The notes under the pieces are model-generated. The model saw nothing but the letters and a program-made list of their open reading frames with translations. It ran no database searches and was not told where the DNA came from. Below are positions 1 to 11,199 of a stretch of 64,000 bases of DNA, piece by piece. Position numbers and translations under genes: made by a program. Numbering within the stretch: the first letter of the stretch is position 1; the number at the start of each line of letters is the position of its first letter. The stretch comes from Callorhinchus milii (taxonomy: Eukaryota), in the NCBI RefSeq assembly GCF_018977255.1, contig NW_024704743.1, positions 97,900,001 through 97,964,000 on the forward strand, in the 5' to 3' direction.

Positions 1-155
1 ATAGAGAAGCCCAGGCTGACAGCTGGAGCAGCAGCCTGTCAGTTCCAGTGGAGGTGATTCCACCAGAGGTCTCATACAAAGTGACAGACTGGTGCAGCTT
101 CCTTACCAAAGAACACCTCCACACAGGTCTGATGGGCCAAGCTTACCTATCTACA

Positions 156-460
156 GGAGTCCTGTAGCTCAGTGGTTAGAGCACTCGCCTCGCCCCAGAG
201 ACCTGGGTTCAATTCCCGGCAGGGCGAAACCTTGGGCAAGTTTCCTTACTCCACACTCCTGATAATAAACCTTCAAAAAAAAAAAATTGGTCACTTCAAT
301 CCACGACTGTTTGTGGAAGACTGCTGTGTGCAATTGGCTGCTGTGTTTCTCCCACAAATATAGTCAATTCACTTTACAATCTATTCTGTGAAGCACTTCG
401 AGACGTCCAGAAGACGTGAAAAAGCGCTATATCGAATGCAAGGATTATTATTATTATTAT
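156..460 (+). mobile_element. Young tRNA-derived SINE (family A), full length
   Basis: tRNA-like head with A box (tagctcagtgg) and B box (ggttcaattcc), Deu-like 3' body (gctgtgtgcaattggctgc), tail gacgtgaaaaagcgctatatc ending in (TAT)n. Closely similar copies occur elsewhere in the window. Confidence 0.92.
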
Positions 461-929
461 CTGTCCCTGAGCAGTGAGGCGGATTTTGCTAAAGCACACA
501 GATACAATAGTGCCAAGTCTGCCTTTTAAAAAGATTGCGAGGCACTTTCTCATTGATTGCGTGCTTTCTCATTAAACACCCACAGCCCATGCCAGCAGTA
601 CATTGTCATGACTCCAGCTTTGCAGAAAGTTATTCAAATCATGAAAGTTGCCTGTTGGTGTGCATGAGAGAAGGGAATAAAGGGATGTGGAGTGAGGTCG
701 TGTGGGCATATCAGGAGTGCAGGCTCATTGGGAGTATAAACACCAGATTGGGCTGAATGGCCTTTTTTCATTCCATAAGTCCTTTAGCTCATTGGCATTT
801 TCCCACTGCTTGAGAGTCTCTCCACAAAGCTCACAAAACTAACTTCAATTAGCAACTCAAATCTGGTTTGTGAATACCCCATTTTAGACCCCATTTTCCA
901 GGATAACAAAGACTGAATTTCAAACCAAT

Positions 930-1060
930 TTTATCTGTGAGATTGATTGTAAGGACATCGGGAGAAACTCCTTTCTCTTTTCGAATAGTGCCATGTGATC
1001 TTTAACATCTGCCTGAACAGGCAGACAAGGCTGTATTGGTCCTCTTTAACTGTATCTTCA
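930..1060 (-). mobile_element. Old Deu-domain SINE fragment (family B)
   Basis: Reverse complement matches the ctgcctgttcagg...ttaaagatc...ggcactattcgaaaagag block of the copy at 26228. Confidence 0.7.
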
Positions 1061-1069
1061 GCCACACTT

Positions 1070-1195
1070 CCAACCCCATTCCCCCTGTCCTCCAATCTTC
1101 TTGATTCCAACCTCCAAACTCTTAACTGTCCAATGCCTTGGGACTTCCATGCCATGTGAAAGGCACTGTATAATTGTAATTTGTTGTTGTTGTTG
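1070..1195 (+). mobile_element. L2 LINE 3' tail
   Basis: C-rich tract, then ccttgggac...tgtgaaaggcact...tgtaatttg and (TTG)n, as in the L2 at 8545-9130. Confidence 0.75.
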
Positions 1196-1529
1196 ACACT
1201 CAAATGTATATGTATTCTACCCTCGCTGGAGCAAGGCTACTGTAACACTGTGAATGTTTCTCTTTCACACATCAACCTTTTTATGAATTCTCTGAATTAC
1301 CAATTTATGTCAGATTGTGAACATATTGTACCATGAGACTGCACCTACTATGAACCAAGTTGAATCTGTGCAAATTGTTTAATAATAATCAGCATCAGAG
1401 TTAGGCAACTCATTCCGGGATGCATCAAACCACAGTACTAGAAGTAAAAGGACAATATGCTTGTTCATCCACTCTGCCGTCCAGGATACCATTTCCCCAA
1501 GTCTGTAATATTATAGAGCATTATAATCC

Positions 1530-2330
1530 CTTTGAAGGATGATTCAGGTCATGGTTCACTGAGCTGTTTTCTGACCATCACTTGCCAAGTGCGATTTTAC
1601 AGATGTGAGACAGAGGAAGTTTTTATTTCATCAGTCTGGGATTGCCAGATGGAGTTATTAGTGTCTGAGTCTTGGGTATTACTGGTAAATAACTCATTTA
1701 TGTATTTAGAGTTCTACATTGTAGTAAGAGCCGAGTTGTTTTCTGTGACTGCAATGTCATTTTCTGTTTGAAATGTTTATTTTTTCTGAACAAGAGAGAT
1801 ATTCAGAAGTGGGTTTCCAAAGATGGACTCAGATTAATATGCTGGAGAAACCTGGTATGTTGCGTGATAATTAACACCTGTGTCAATGTTATTAACACCA
1901 GTGTCGACATCATTAATACCAGTGTTAAGTATCGCATAACATACCCACAGGTTTGTGGGTCCTCAGTTATTTTCCCCTGATGTTGCATTTTCTTAATTGG
2001 TTGTTCGCATTTAGTTTATCCTGAGGTTTTGCTACTTGTGACAGCCCTGCAAATACTGGACTGTTTTATATCTGGATCTAAGAATGTCAGAGGTGATCCT
2101 TGGTGGATGATCTGCTCTGACTCGTTTTTGCCTCAAGTGTGTGTGGTGATTGATGACTTGGTCAAGCGTGCGCTGCTATTTATGTCTTTAGCTTTCTCGG
2201 GTAATGATAGGTTTCAGACCATGCATCTGGTTGATGTTTTATTCAAAGTTTGTTCTGTCTGAGTATAGTTTGGCACAAGGGCTTGTGCTGAGTGGTGACC
2301 TGGAACGTGCCTTGACAGACACATATAGAA
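1530..2330 (-). mobile_element. Highly decayed LINE ORF2 fragment (endonuclease-RT linker, CR1/L2 group)
   Basis: Manual minus-strand translation near 2075-2160 gives VINHHTHLRQKRVRADHPPRITSDILRS, resembling the ORF2 linker motif D.HAPL..KRV....PWIT..I. Many stops and frameshifts. Confidence 0.5.
1870..1932. repeat. 21-bp tandem repeat, 3 diverged copies
   Basis: attaacacctgtgtcaatgtt / attaacaccagtgtcgacatc / attaataccagtgttaagtat. Confidence 0.85.
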
Positions 2331-2504
2331 ATAGAAGTTCCACCTGGGACTTACATTTACTCTACTTGCATAGTCTCAGCTGACACCCTAGGCAGTGATG
2401 AGGGTGTGCTGAATTTTCAGAGGTGCTATCCTACTTTGAGACTTCCTCCTGAAGCCAAAGCAATAAAACTTCCTGCTGAAGTCTTAATGTTGTTAATAAA
2501 GTAA

Positions 2505-2590
2505 GGGAAAACTTTCCAGTATTCTTTAACCCCTTTCAAATACTATTTAATACATGGAAGGGGTTAAGGAACATTGCAATATTTTACCCC
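2505..2590. repeat. Palindromic MITE-like element with TTAA-CCCC...GGGG-TTAA core
   Basis: ttctttaacccctttca is mirrored by tggaaggggttaaggaa; outer arms gggaaaa / ttttacccc. Confidence 0.55.
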
Positions 2591-2799
2591 AATAATTCCA
2601 GCTAATAGGAACCTAGGAAATTTGAGGAACAGGAATAGCTTTCATTGTGGAAGCTGATGACCTCAAGGCTGCAATACCAGCTAAAAAGTGTAGCTGTGAG
2701 TGAGTGCGCAAGGTTACTATGAATGGGATTCAGCCACACAGCATGACTGCAAGTAAGCTACATGATGGCAATTCATTACAAGGACAGTGCACAGTTATA

Positions 2800-3003
2800 G
2801 AAGGAGAGAGAGTTACAGATAGAAATCGAGAAAGAGAGAGTCAGAGTCAGGATGAGACATGGAGACATTGAGACAGTCAACAAAGGAGTCAACAAAAGAG
2901 ATTCAAAGAGAGACGTAGGCAAAAAAAAGTCTGAGAGAAAAAGAATGAAAGAGTCTCAGACAGAATGGAAAAGAGAGATATAGAGAGAATAGAAGAGAGA
3001 AAG
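2800..3003. repeat. GA-rich low-complexity tract
   Basis: Degenerate (GA)n/(GACA)n purine run. Confidence 0.85.
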
Positions 3004-3106
3004 ATTTGTATAATGAATGACTTTAATGACAATATAACTGCCAATGAAAGAAGTTTTTGTTATACTTTAGCCAATTTACATTTTGTGTAATGTCCAATTA
3101 ACAACA

Positions 3107-3208
3107 CTATTTCTGATGAAGGGTCGTGGACCCGAAACATTGATTCACTTTCATTTCTCAATAGATGCTACCTGACCTGCTGAGTGTTCCCAGTGACTTC
3201 TGTTTTTG
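3107..3208 (+). mobile_element. About 100-bp Penelope-derived mini-element with minimal hammerhead core
   Basis: CTGATGA-a-GGGTC-gtg-GACCC-GAAA at 3113-3137, tail gatgctacctgacctgctgag...ttctgttttt, 9-bp TSD TTAACAACA (3098-3106 and 3209-3217). Confidence 0.8.
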
Positions 3209-3339
3209 TTAACAACATATTTGTTTAATCGGGCTGGTCCCAATTTATGTGGATACTGTATTTGTTTCAAATTGTCTTTCATGGTAGCTCATTGTATAGG
3301 AGTGGGCTGTGTGTAACAACAACTTGCATTTATATACAG

Positions 3340-3545
3340 TACAATACAAAATTATTTTTGTTTAGCACCTTTCACATCAGGAGGACCTTCCAAGGCGCTG
3401 GACAGTCAGAGGATTTGGACCTGAGCAGGAGGGAGGGGTGTTGGAATAAGGGAGAGTGAAGGGAAGGAGGGTGGCTGAAGGCATGGTCATAAAGTAGGTC
3501 TTGAGATGTGCCTTGAAGGACGCAAGGGAGGGAGCGACACAAAGG
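3340..3545 (-). mobile_element. L2 LINE 3' end
   Basis: Reverse complement of the L2 tail (ctgtccagcgccttggaaggtcctcctgatgtgaaaggtgct). Confidence 0.8.
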
Positions 3546-3589
3546 GAATATCCCCTTCATGCAGGTAGCATCTCAGAGTGCTTAACAGC

Positions 3590-3757
3590 AGCCATTGGCA
3601 GCATTCGGCACATGTGACTCATGCAATTACATGGGCCCCGAGGAAGTGAGGGGGCCCCTGCCACCATGATTCAGTTACTTGTTGGTTTGCTCGCTCCCTG
3701 CCAGGCTCCTCTCTGCTCTGAAAATCCATTGAAATCGCCTCCCATCAACCTAACCTG
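3590..3757 (-). mobile_element. GC-rich interspersed repeat, truncated copy (probable non-autonomous DNA transposon)
   Basis: Reverse complement of 22081-22248; the ORF track shows near-matching peptides ending GGxFNGFSEQRGxWxGAxxPTSN in both copies. Confidence 0.7.
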
Positions 3758-4139
3758 GAGTATCAAATGCAAGGCATAATTTTTTATTCTCTTCTTCCCT
3801 GTTCTCTTTGGCATTTTATTTTGTGTTTCACTCTTTTCTCCCTCTTTTCTAACTGGGCTCACCTTTTTCTAATTATTATAACTTTTAATGCATGTTTCTT
3901 ACCTTTCATCTTTCTTCTCGTTCCTGTTGTCTATTTTTTGGAAAAGATTATTCTCAGATCACCACTCAGAACAAAACATTGTGTAAAATTGCTTTCAGAC
4001 AGCATATTTTTTGAATAAAACATCAAACCCGACAGGAGAGATTAAGAGAGGTGGAGGTTGTACAGAGTATGAACACTAGCAAAATCTAGTTAAGCTAAAT
4101 AGCCTGTGTCCATACTGTATCATTCTACATACCTGTCAT

Positions 4140-4610
4140 TCTTTGATATAGTATCTTATCATGTCAGAAGAATGTCTCAAAGCACTTCACATGATTATAC
4201 TGTAAGTGTGGTGACTGTGTATATTGTGGGCAAATGAGGCAGTCAATTTATATCCAACAATACATCACAAATAGCCATGAAATGAATAATCTATTTTATT
4301 TGGGAATTATTGGCCAGGACACAGGGAGAACCTCGTTTCTTTTCAAATAGTGCTGTGGGATCTTTAACATTCACCTGAACAGACAGACAGGACAGGTTTA
4401 ATGTCTCATCGAAAGGTCAGCACATCCAACTATACAGTGGAGGCTTCCCCAGCCAAAAATCAAGAAATATTCAATCAAGAAACAATTATTTTGTTGGGAA
4501 ATCAAGGAGGTTGGCCAATTCTATGTGAGTTCAACAACCCCAAATGGGCTTGAACCCTCAAACTTCAGACTCAGATGAAAAAGGGCTATCAATGAGTCAA
4601 GTTGACAATG
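4140..4610 (-). mobile_element. Old Deu-domain SINE (family B), near full length
   Basis: Tail, Deu block and decayed tRNA head (ggcttgaaccctcaaacttcagactcag) in reverse orientation. Confidence 0.8.
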
Positions 4611-5315
4611 AACTAAATTCAATTGAACAGAACGAAAGATTGATAAGATGAACAATGGGAAAATATTTTAAAACGTTTTAATTTGAATTTAATTACGTTT
4701 CTTGTATTTAGTGGACTAGGATTAAGATAAGAGTTATAAAGCTATCCCTTAGCAGTTTAATTGACTCTTGTAGCCAATTAAAATGCTGAGGAATAATATT
4801 TGTAATATTGACAAATATTAATATCAGTAAATATTTGTAAATATTACATTGAACTGAAATTGTACTGAAACAGTACACTGTGGGGAGAGCATCTTCTGTG
4901 AACGTTCAAGCAGTCTATGGGTAAACAGGATTAACCTTGAATTTGCAATGGCTTTTATACTTGCTAACATAAAGTGACCTTGATTCTTTCACAAATCCAT
5001 AACAATTTAAACTGTTCCCTGAATCAAATTTCTATGAAATTTTAACTTGTCTTGTTTATATTTCTGGTGGCAATTTTATATTTCGCCAAGTAGCAGCTCA
5101 TGCACACGTGATGTTTCTGTTATTATTAGTCACAATTGCAGAACACATAAATGGTCATACAGAACACTGATGGAGTAAGCCCTTGTTGACCTCATTACAA
5201 ATGATGGAGATGAAACGATCACACATATTTAAGCAAAGGCCACTGCACACTTAGGTCTATTGGTTCTTAACCATGTATCATAAAGTTTTCATCATAGATG
5301 CCTGCAATAGCAAAG

Positions 5316-5664
5316 AATGATGTTTGCATTCGATACAGTGCCTTATTACGGCTTTGAGACACCTCAAAGTGCTTCACAGAATATACTGTAAAGAGAATCA
5401 ACTGTATATTTTTGGGGGGGATATGCGGCAGCCAATTGCGCACAGCAGTCTCCCATTTTTTTAAAAATTATATATTTCTGAAGGGATTATTACCCCCGAA
5501 AGCAATCCACCAATTGACTAACAACTGGGTTCCTATTTACTGCTCTGTAAACAGAGAGCTGTGGAGTAAGGAAACTTGCCTAAAGGTTTCGGTCCGACCG
5601 TAAATCGTACCTGGATCTTCTCGCTTGCGAGGCGAGCACACTATCCACTATGCTACAGGACTCC
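5316..5664 (-). mobile_element. SINE family A, long variant with extra internal block
   Basis: Same ggagtcctgtag head, plus an extra ctctctgtttac...agcagtaaataggaacccag block absent from the young copies. Confidence 0.85.
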
Positions 5665-7579
5665 AAATATATTATAAGAGAAGAGATAGGGAAATATAAA
5701 GGGTTGAAAAACTGTTGCCTTTAATAGCGTTTACTCGATAACTAAAAAAAGCTATATTTGCCATTTTTTAAAAAAAAAATCTGGTACAGAAATGTTATTG
5801 TTATCTTTGAAAGAATAAAATAGATGTTAAATGAACCAAAAGGGGACCCTGCAGCTTAGTATTTCCTGATACCATCTGCTGCATTCAAATGCGTTTTCTA
5901 TCCTGCTTAATTCCGATCTCACTCCATTGTGCCCAAAAATATTCTGTGCATTTCACAAAAGAATCATCAAGTCCAGGAGGAATAGACTCAATGACAAGAA
6001 TCCCTCCATCATGGTTTTCTGCAATATTCAAAGTATAATGGAAAACAATACCATTTTTCTTGCTGTCTCAATTTACTGGAAAATGTATGGGAATCCAGTC
6101 TGAAATAAAATAATGCAAATCTGACATTGTGGTTTGGAAAATATCTAATTCATAAAGTGCTGCGAGTCGTGGAATGCAGTACATCAATACCCATTTTTTT
6201 TTGTCAGCTAAGACTGTGGTTCATTGTGAACATTGAATAATACTGAAGGCAGATCACATTAGACTTTGAAAAGGTTCACAAAGGATTTTCATTTATAGTC
6301 CATATCCAGCATTGTTGTGATAGAGATCTGTTTTTCTTGAATTAGAAGCACTCAATGCAAACAAATACAGTATAGCTGGGACAGGAAATAAAAATGCATC
6401 ACGTAAAATTATTTATTTGGATATATGGCAAAGAAATTCTGGCATGTTTTGAAGCCTCAACTCGCATTGCGCAGATCTGCAATACAAATGGTTTTCAGAG
6501 GGTTGAGGGAGGAGAAGCAGACTCTTTGACATCTTTTGATCTTTTGTTTCAAGATGAATTGATTTTACGTTCAGAAAGAAAGGCTCAGTCGCTTGTTTTT
6601 TTGTAGCCATGCTCACACATTATTCCAGTTCCATCGAAAAAAGAGCTTTGTGTACTATCTGCCTTGAACATTGCAAATTCCTTTTGTTTTCAATTACTGC
6701 ACTGCAGAATCAAATTGACTTTTATTTGGACAGATTGCTCTTGGTGATTCAACTGCAGAAATAGAGTTTGCGACAGACCAGGTTTTCTCAGAGTGTCACG
6801 GGAAATGCTAATGAAATTTCTACAGATAACATTTGCTGGGATTTTGTGAGGACTGTGCACACAACCTCACTGAGCGGTGAATAAATGAGTTAACCCTCTG
6901 ACTACTCGATCATTTCCATCATTTATCAAAATGTGTATTTCCTTTCTATAATCTAGTGACTGCAAAGACTGATGCTCTAGGAATCTTTTGTAGATCAAGT
7001 GCATGTTAATATCTGGCACATACCATAGCAATTTCTGAGAAAACTACAAGACAAATTAAAAAAACATGCTTCTGGTTTTTTTTTGCAGGCTGAAATGCTA
7101 TTGTCATCAACCGGAAATGGTGAAACCACATTAAAATACATGGAATTGAAATTTAACAAATTGTTGTGTTTTCCTGAATGGCACTAAATTGTTGTGAACC
7201 TAAAAATAAGCAGGGTGAGTGATGGACATGACTTTATCCTTTTTAATTTGTCCAAGTTACTGTTGGAAGGACAGTGAACAGTCTGTTACTGAGCAGACAT
7301 TGATAAACAAACGGGCATTTGCAGTCTGGTTTTAATGATTATTATTCTCTATGAAGATATTTTCCTTCGAGCTGTATGTCTACTTCTGGAGGACATGAAA
7401 AGAATATTATTTTTAAAATATACGCTACTGGAATCCCATAACATCCCAAGCAACCGCATTAACTATGTTTTGTAAGCTCTGAAAACAAGCTTACAAAAAT
7501 CAGCTTCAAAATTAAGTACTGCATTTAAGAATCTGACAAATTCTGAACGCTTTGAAATGTTAGAATAATAGAGTATATC

Positions 7580-7805
7580 TAGGTGTGCAAATTGGTTGCT
7601 GTGTTTGCCTACAAAATACACAGTAACTCCACTTTACAGTAAATTCTGCGAAAATTTCTCAATGATGTGATCAGGCACTGAATCAAATGCAAAGATTATT
7701 ATCATAATTATAATTTCTACCACTGTGTTCATTTTCACTAAGCGCTTGAGACGTCTAGAAGACGTGAAAAGTGCTATATCAAATGCAAGGATTATTATTA
7801 TTATT
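7580..7805 (+). mobile_element. Two tandem SINE 3' ends (one old, one young)
   Basis: gtgtgcaaattggttgct...gcaaagattatt followed by gcgcttgagacgtctagaagacgtgaaaagtgctatatc(TAT)n. Confidence 0.8.
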
Positions 7806-8544
7806 AATAGGAGCTATTCAGCGTACTGCACACTGTGTTCTATTATTAAACAAATTGCATGAATTTCCCAAGTCAATATAATAAGAGTCAGTGAATAGGG
7901 TTTATTTAAATGTTGATATCATCATTTCCAAGTTTTTCATTCCCTGGAATAATCATCTTAAAAGCATTTTTAATGCTGAGCATGAAATGTATTGTTGAGT
8001 TAGAAAAGCTTATAAAAAACCTTCTAGCATTTAATGGCTCTATTGTTCTGTAGATTTTGGTCCATAGGGTCATCAGATCATCGGCAGGCTTGCATGTTCA
8101 GTAGAGAACCCCATCAAGAAGCTAGGAAAAGCACTATTAGTTAACCTAAGAGCTATAGAAATAATGGGCACATAATATGTTTTGTAACCAGATTGATAAT
8201 TCCCAAATGTCCTTCCATATCTGTTCAGACACATTGCCTTTTCTATATACAAAAACCTTTACTATAACATGGTCATCTGACTCCAGTGTCTCACTGACCT
8301 TATTATAAGCAGGTATTAAAAAAAAGAACTTCCAGGTGATTTGATTGTCACTAACATCAGTTCATACCTAAGGTGGTCCTTCCTGTGCATAGCGCACATG
8401 CAGTGCATACAGGAAGTCACATTAGTGGAGCTTTTTGTCCATTGTGCATGTGCACACAAACATGCAGCAATTGATGTCAACCTGATTTTTTTTTAACATG
8501 GAAACTAACTCATTTGTCTCAGATGCCAGGTATACTTCTGGTTA

Positions 8545-9130
8545 ATCCAGGCTCGACTATGCAAATGCCCTGCTTATCGGAAAAGCAACTCCTCCCTCCA
8601 CAGGCTGCAGATAATCCAGAACTCTGCAGCCCGTGTCCTCTCCCGCACCAAACTCCGTGATCCCGTCTCCCCCATTCTCGCCCGACTCTGTTGACTCCCT
8701 ATCCTTCGGAGGATCCAGTTCAAAACTCTGGTCCTCACCTACAAAGCCCTCAATGGTCTTTCCCACCATATCTCTGTGGCCTCATAACCCCCTACCAACC
8801 CGCCCGCTCCCTCCGCTCAGCCGGCTCTGATCTGCTCCACATCCCCCGACCCACCCGCCCCATCATTGGCGGGAGAGCCTTCAGCCACTCTGCCCACAAT
8901 CTCTGGAACTCCATCCCCCAATCACTCTGCCTCATCCCCTCCTTAGCCTCCTTCAAGTCCTGCCTCAAAACCCTCCTCTTCGACCATGCCATCGGTCATC
9001 CCCCTTCCCCTCCCCTCCCTTCTCCCCCCTGACCTCAGCTCAGGTCTGAAATGCTGTACACTATCCAGCGCCTTGGGACGTCCTCCCGACGTGAAAAGCG
9101 CTATACAAATGTAATCTTGTTGTTGTTGTT
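8545..9130 (+). mobile_element. L2 LINE, 5'-truncated (ORF2 C-terminus and 3' UTR)
   Basis: Translates with frameshifts as SRLDYANALL...LQIIQNSAARVL...RIQFK...GGRAFSHSAHNLWNSIP; (TTG)n tail. Confidence 0.93.
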
Positions 9131-9345
9131 CCTGAATGTAGCACAGTGTAGCATTTTAGGGTCTTGCGATATTGATTTAGTTAAGCCAGTGTCCTATGAA
9201 GGTGACCTGAAAGTCAACAATTGGAAACAAAATGGATTGGAAATCTTTGAGTCCAACTATTGTGTCAAAGTTGGAATGATGGGGGTGAGGGGAGAAAGAG
9301 GTTCACACCAGTTTTTAAGAATAGATGAATATATGCAATGTTTTG

Positions 9346-9383
9346 GATCAATAACACAGGATCAATAACACAGGATCAATAAT
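9346..9383. repeat. 14-bp tandem repeat, about 2.7 copies
   Basis: ggatcaataacaca repeated. Confidence 0.85.
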
Positions 9384-9705
9384 ACATTTGATATTCTTCA
9401 AATCTGTTATAAAACAATGCATTATTTTTACCCCAATTGCTCCCAGGATGACAAATGGTTGCATGGATCTGATTTAATGGGTATCATTGCAGTTGCTGGA
9501 GTGCTAAATGATCGGTGATCAGTGGCTACAAACTAACTGATCTGAAAGCAGAATTTTTAAATTATAAAAATAAGTGTGTTCATAAACTGACTACAATATT
9601 AGAAGTGAAAATACAGTGAAGATCAGAGTTTACAGATTAGCTCAATGCCAGGGCATCAATAACACTGCAAAACATTATGTCTGGAGCAGGAACCAAATAC
9701 TGTAG

Positions 9706-9752
<47 letters not shown>

Positions 9753-10056
9753 CCTTGCATTTGATATAGCGCTTTTCACGTCAGGAGGACGTCCCAAAGC
9801 GCTTCACAGAACACAGTAAAGTGAATTGACTGTATATTTGTGGGCGAACGCGGCAGCCAATTGCGCACAGCAATGTCCCACAAACATTCGTAGATTGAAA
9901 ATGACCAATTTATTATTGTTTTTGGTTTTGGAGGGATTATTATTAGGCTCTGTGTGGAGTAAGGAAACTTGCCCAAGGTTTCGCCCTGACTGGAACTGAA
10001 CTCGGGTCTCTCGCTTGCAAAGCGAGTGCTCTAACCACTGAGCTACAGGACTCCAC
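9706..10056 (-). mobile_element. Young SINE family A, full length, long (TAT)n tail, 10-bp TSD
   Basis: TSD AATACTGTAG at 9696-9705 and 10059-10068; intact A and B boxes. Confidence 0.95.
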
Positions 10057-10410
10057 GTAATACTGTAGTAGGTGAGATATTCCAGATGGTGAAAACATTA
10101 GTGCAGTTGACAGGGTGTTTTAAACATTGTGTGAAGGGATGGGAACAATACAAAATACTCAGTTTCTGCTGCTGAGCAGCTATCAGTAACACTTTTGCAT
10201 TCATGTATTGAAGTCACCATTTCTAGTTAGATTCATACTTGCAACCCTTAGTTTTAAGAATTGTGCATTATTGTTTGCTTGTTAAAGTTCTTGAAACATG
10301 TTATTTACCATGTTTTTCAGGCTGCTAATTGCCAGGTCTTAGGTTAGCTCAAATGATTGCGCTCTTTCTTGCCTGAACATTGAATGTTCAGCCCTGAACC
10401 TTTTAAGTGT

Positions 10411-10865
10411 TAGCTTGGCTCAGTGAGTAGCACTCTCACCTCTGAGACAGAGGTTGTAGGTTCAAGCCGCATGTCAGACCTTTGAGCTCACAATCTGGGC
10501 TGACACTCCAAAGCAATGGTGGGGAAGCACTGCATTGTCAGAGTTGCTCCCGGTGTCATGGCCACAATCTCCCAGATAAAAATAATCCTTCACTTCGCGG
10601 CTGTTTGTGGGACATAACTGTACGGAAATTATATAATAATAATAATAATCCTTGCATTTGATATAGCGCTTTTCACGTCTTCTCGACATCTCAAAGCGCT
10701 TCACAGAATATGCTGTAAAGTGAATTGACCGTATATTTGTGGGCGAAATTGGCTGCTTCATTCACCTACATATTCAGTCACTACACTTACAGTCAATCAT
10801 GTGAACTGCTTTGAGATGTTTTGATGATGTGATGAGGTGCTATATCAACAGTAAGGATTATTATT
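10411..10865 (+). mobile_element. Old SINE family B interrupted by an antisense family A 3' end (about 10631-10744)
   Basis: Head tagcttggctcagtgagtagcactc...ggttcaagcc; the insert is flanked by a GAAATT direct repeat. Confidence 0.85.
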
Positions 10866-11199
10866 AGTCAACTTCACATGAGGTCCCAAGGTCCTGATTG
10901 CCTTTTACTTAGGTGGCATGAAAGGTGCGTGACACTATTTGAAAAACCAGGCAGTTTCTTGCAGTATCCTGGCCAACAATCTTCCAGATTAATTGATTAT
11001 TCATCTCATGTATGTGAGATTTTCTGTATAAAATAGCTGCCTATATACAATCACTACAACGCTTTTCAATGTTATAATTGTTACACTTATGCATCCTCAC
11101 CTTCATTGTTCAAGGCTGCAGAGAAAGCATCTTTTTAGAAGAGCTCCTTGTTTTAATATTTCAGTATACATTGAAGATAGAGAAGGAGGTGCTTTTCCT

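Noticed and set aside
156..230. tRNA gene-like sequences at the SINE A heads (also near 10000, 12075, 17815, 26768, 41199, 58848)
   Set aside because: Each continues into a SINE body and (TAT)n tail and lacks the 3' acceptor stem, so they are SINE heads, not tRNA genes.
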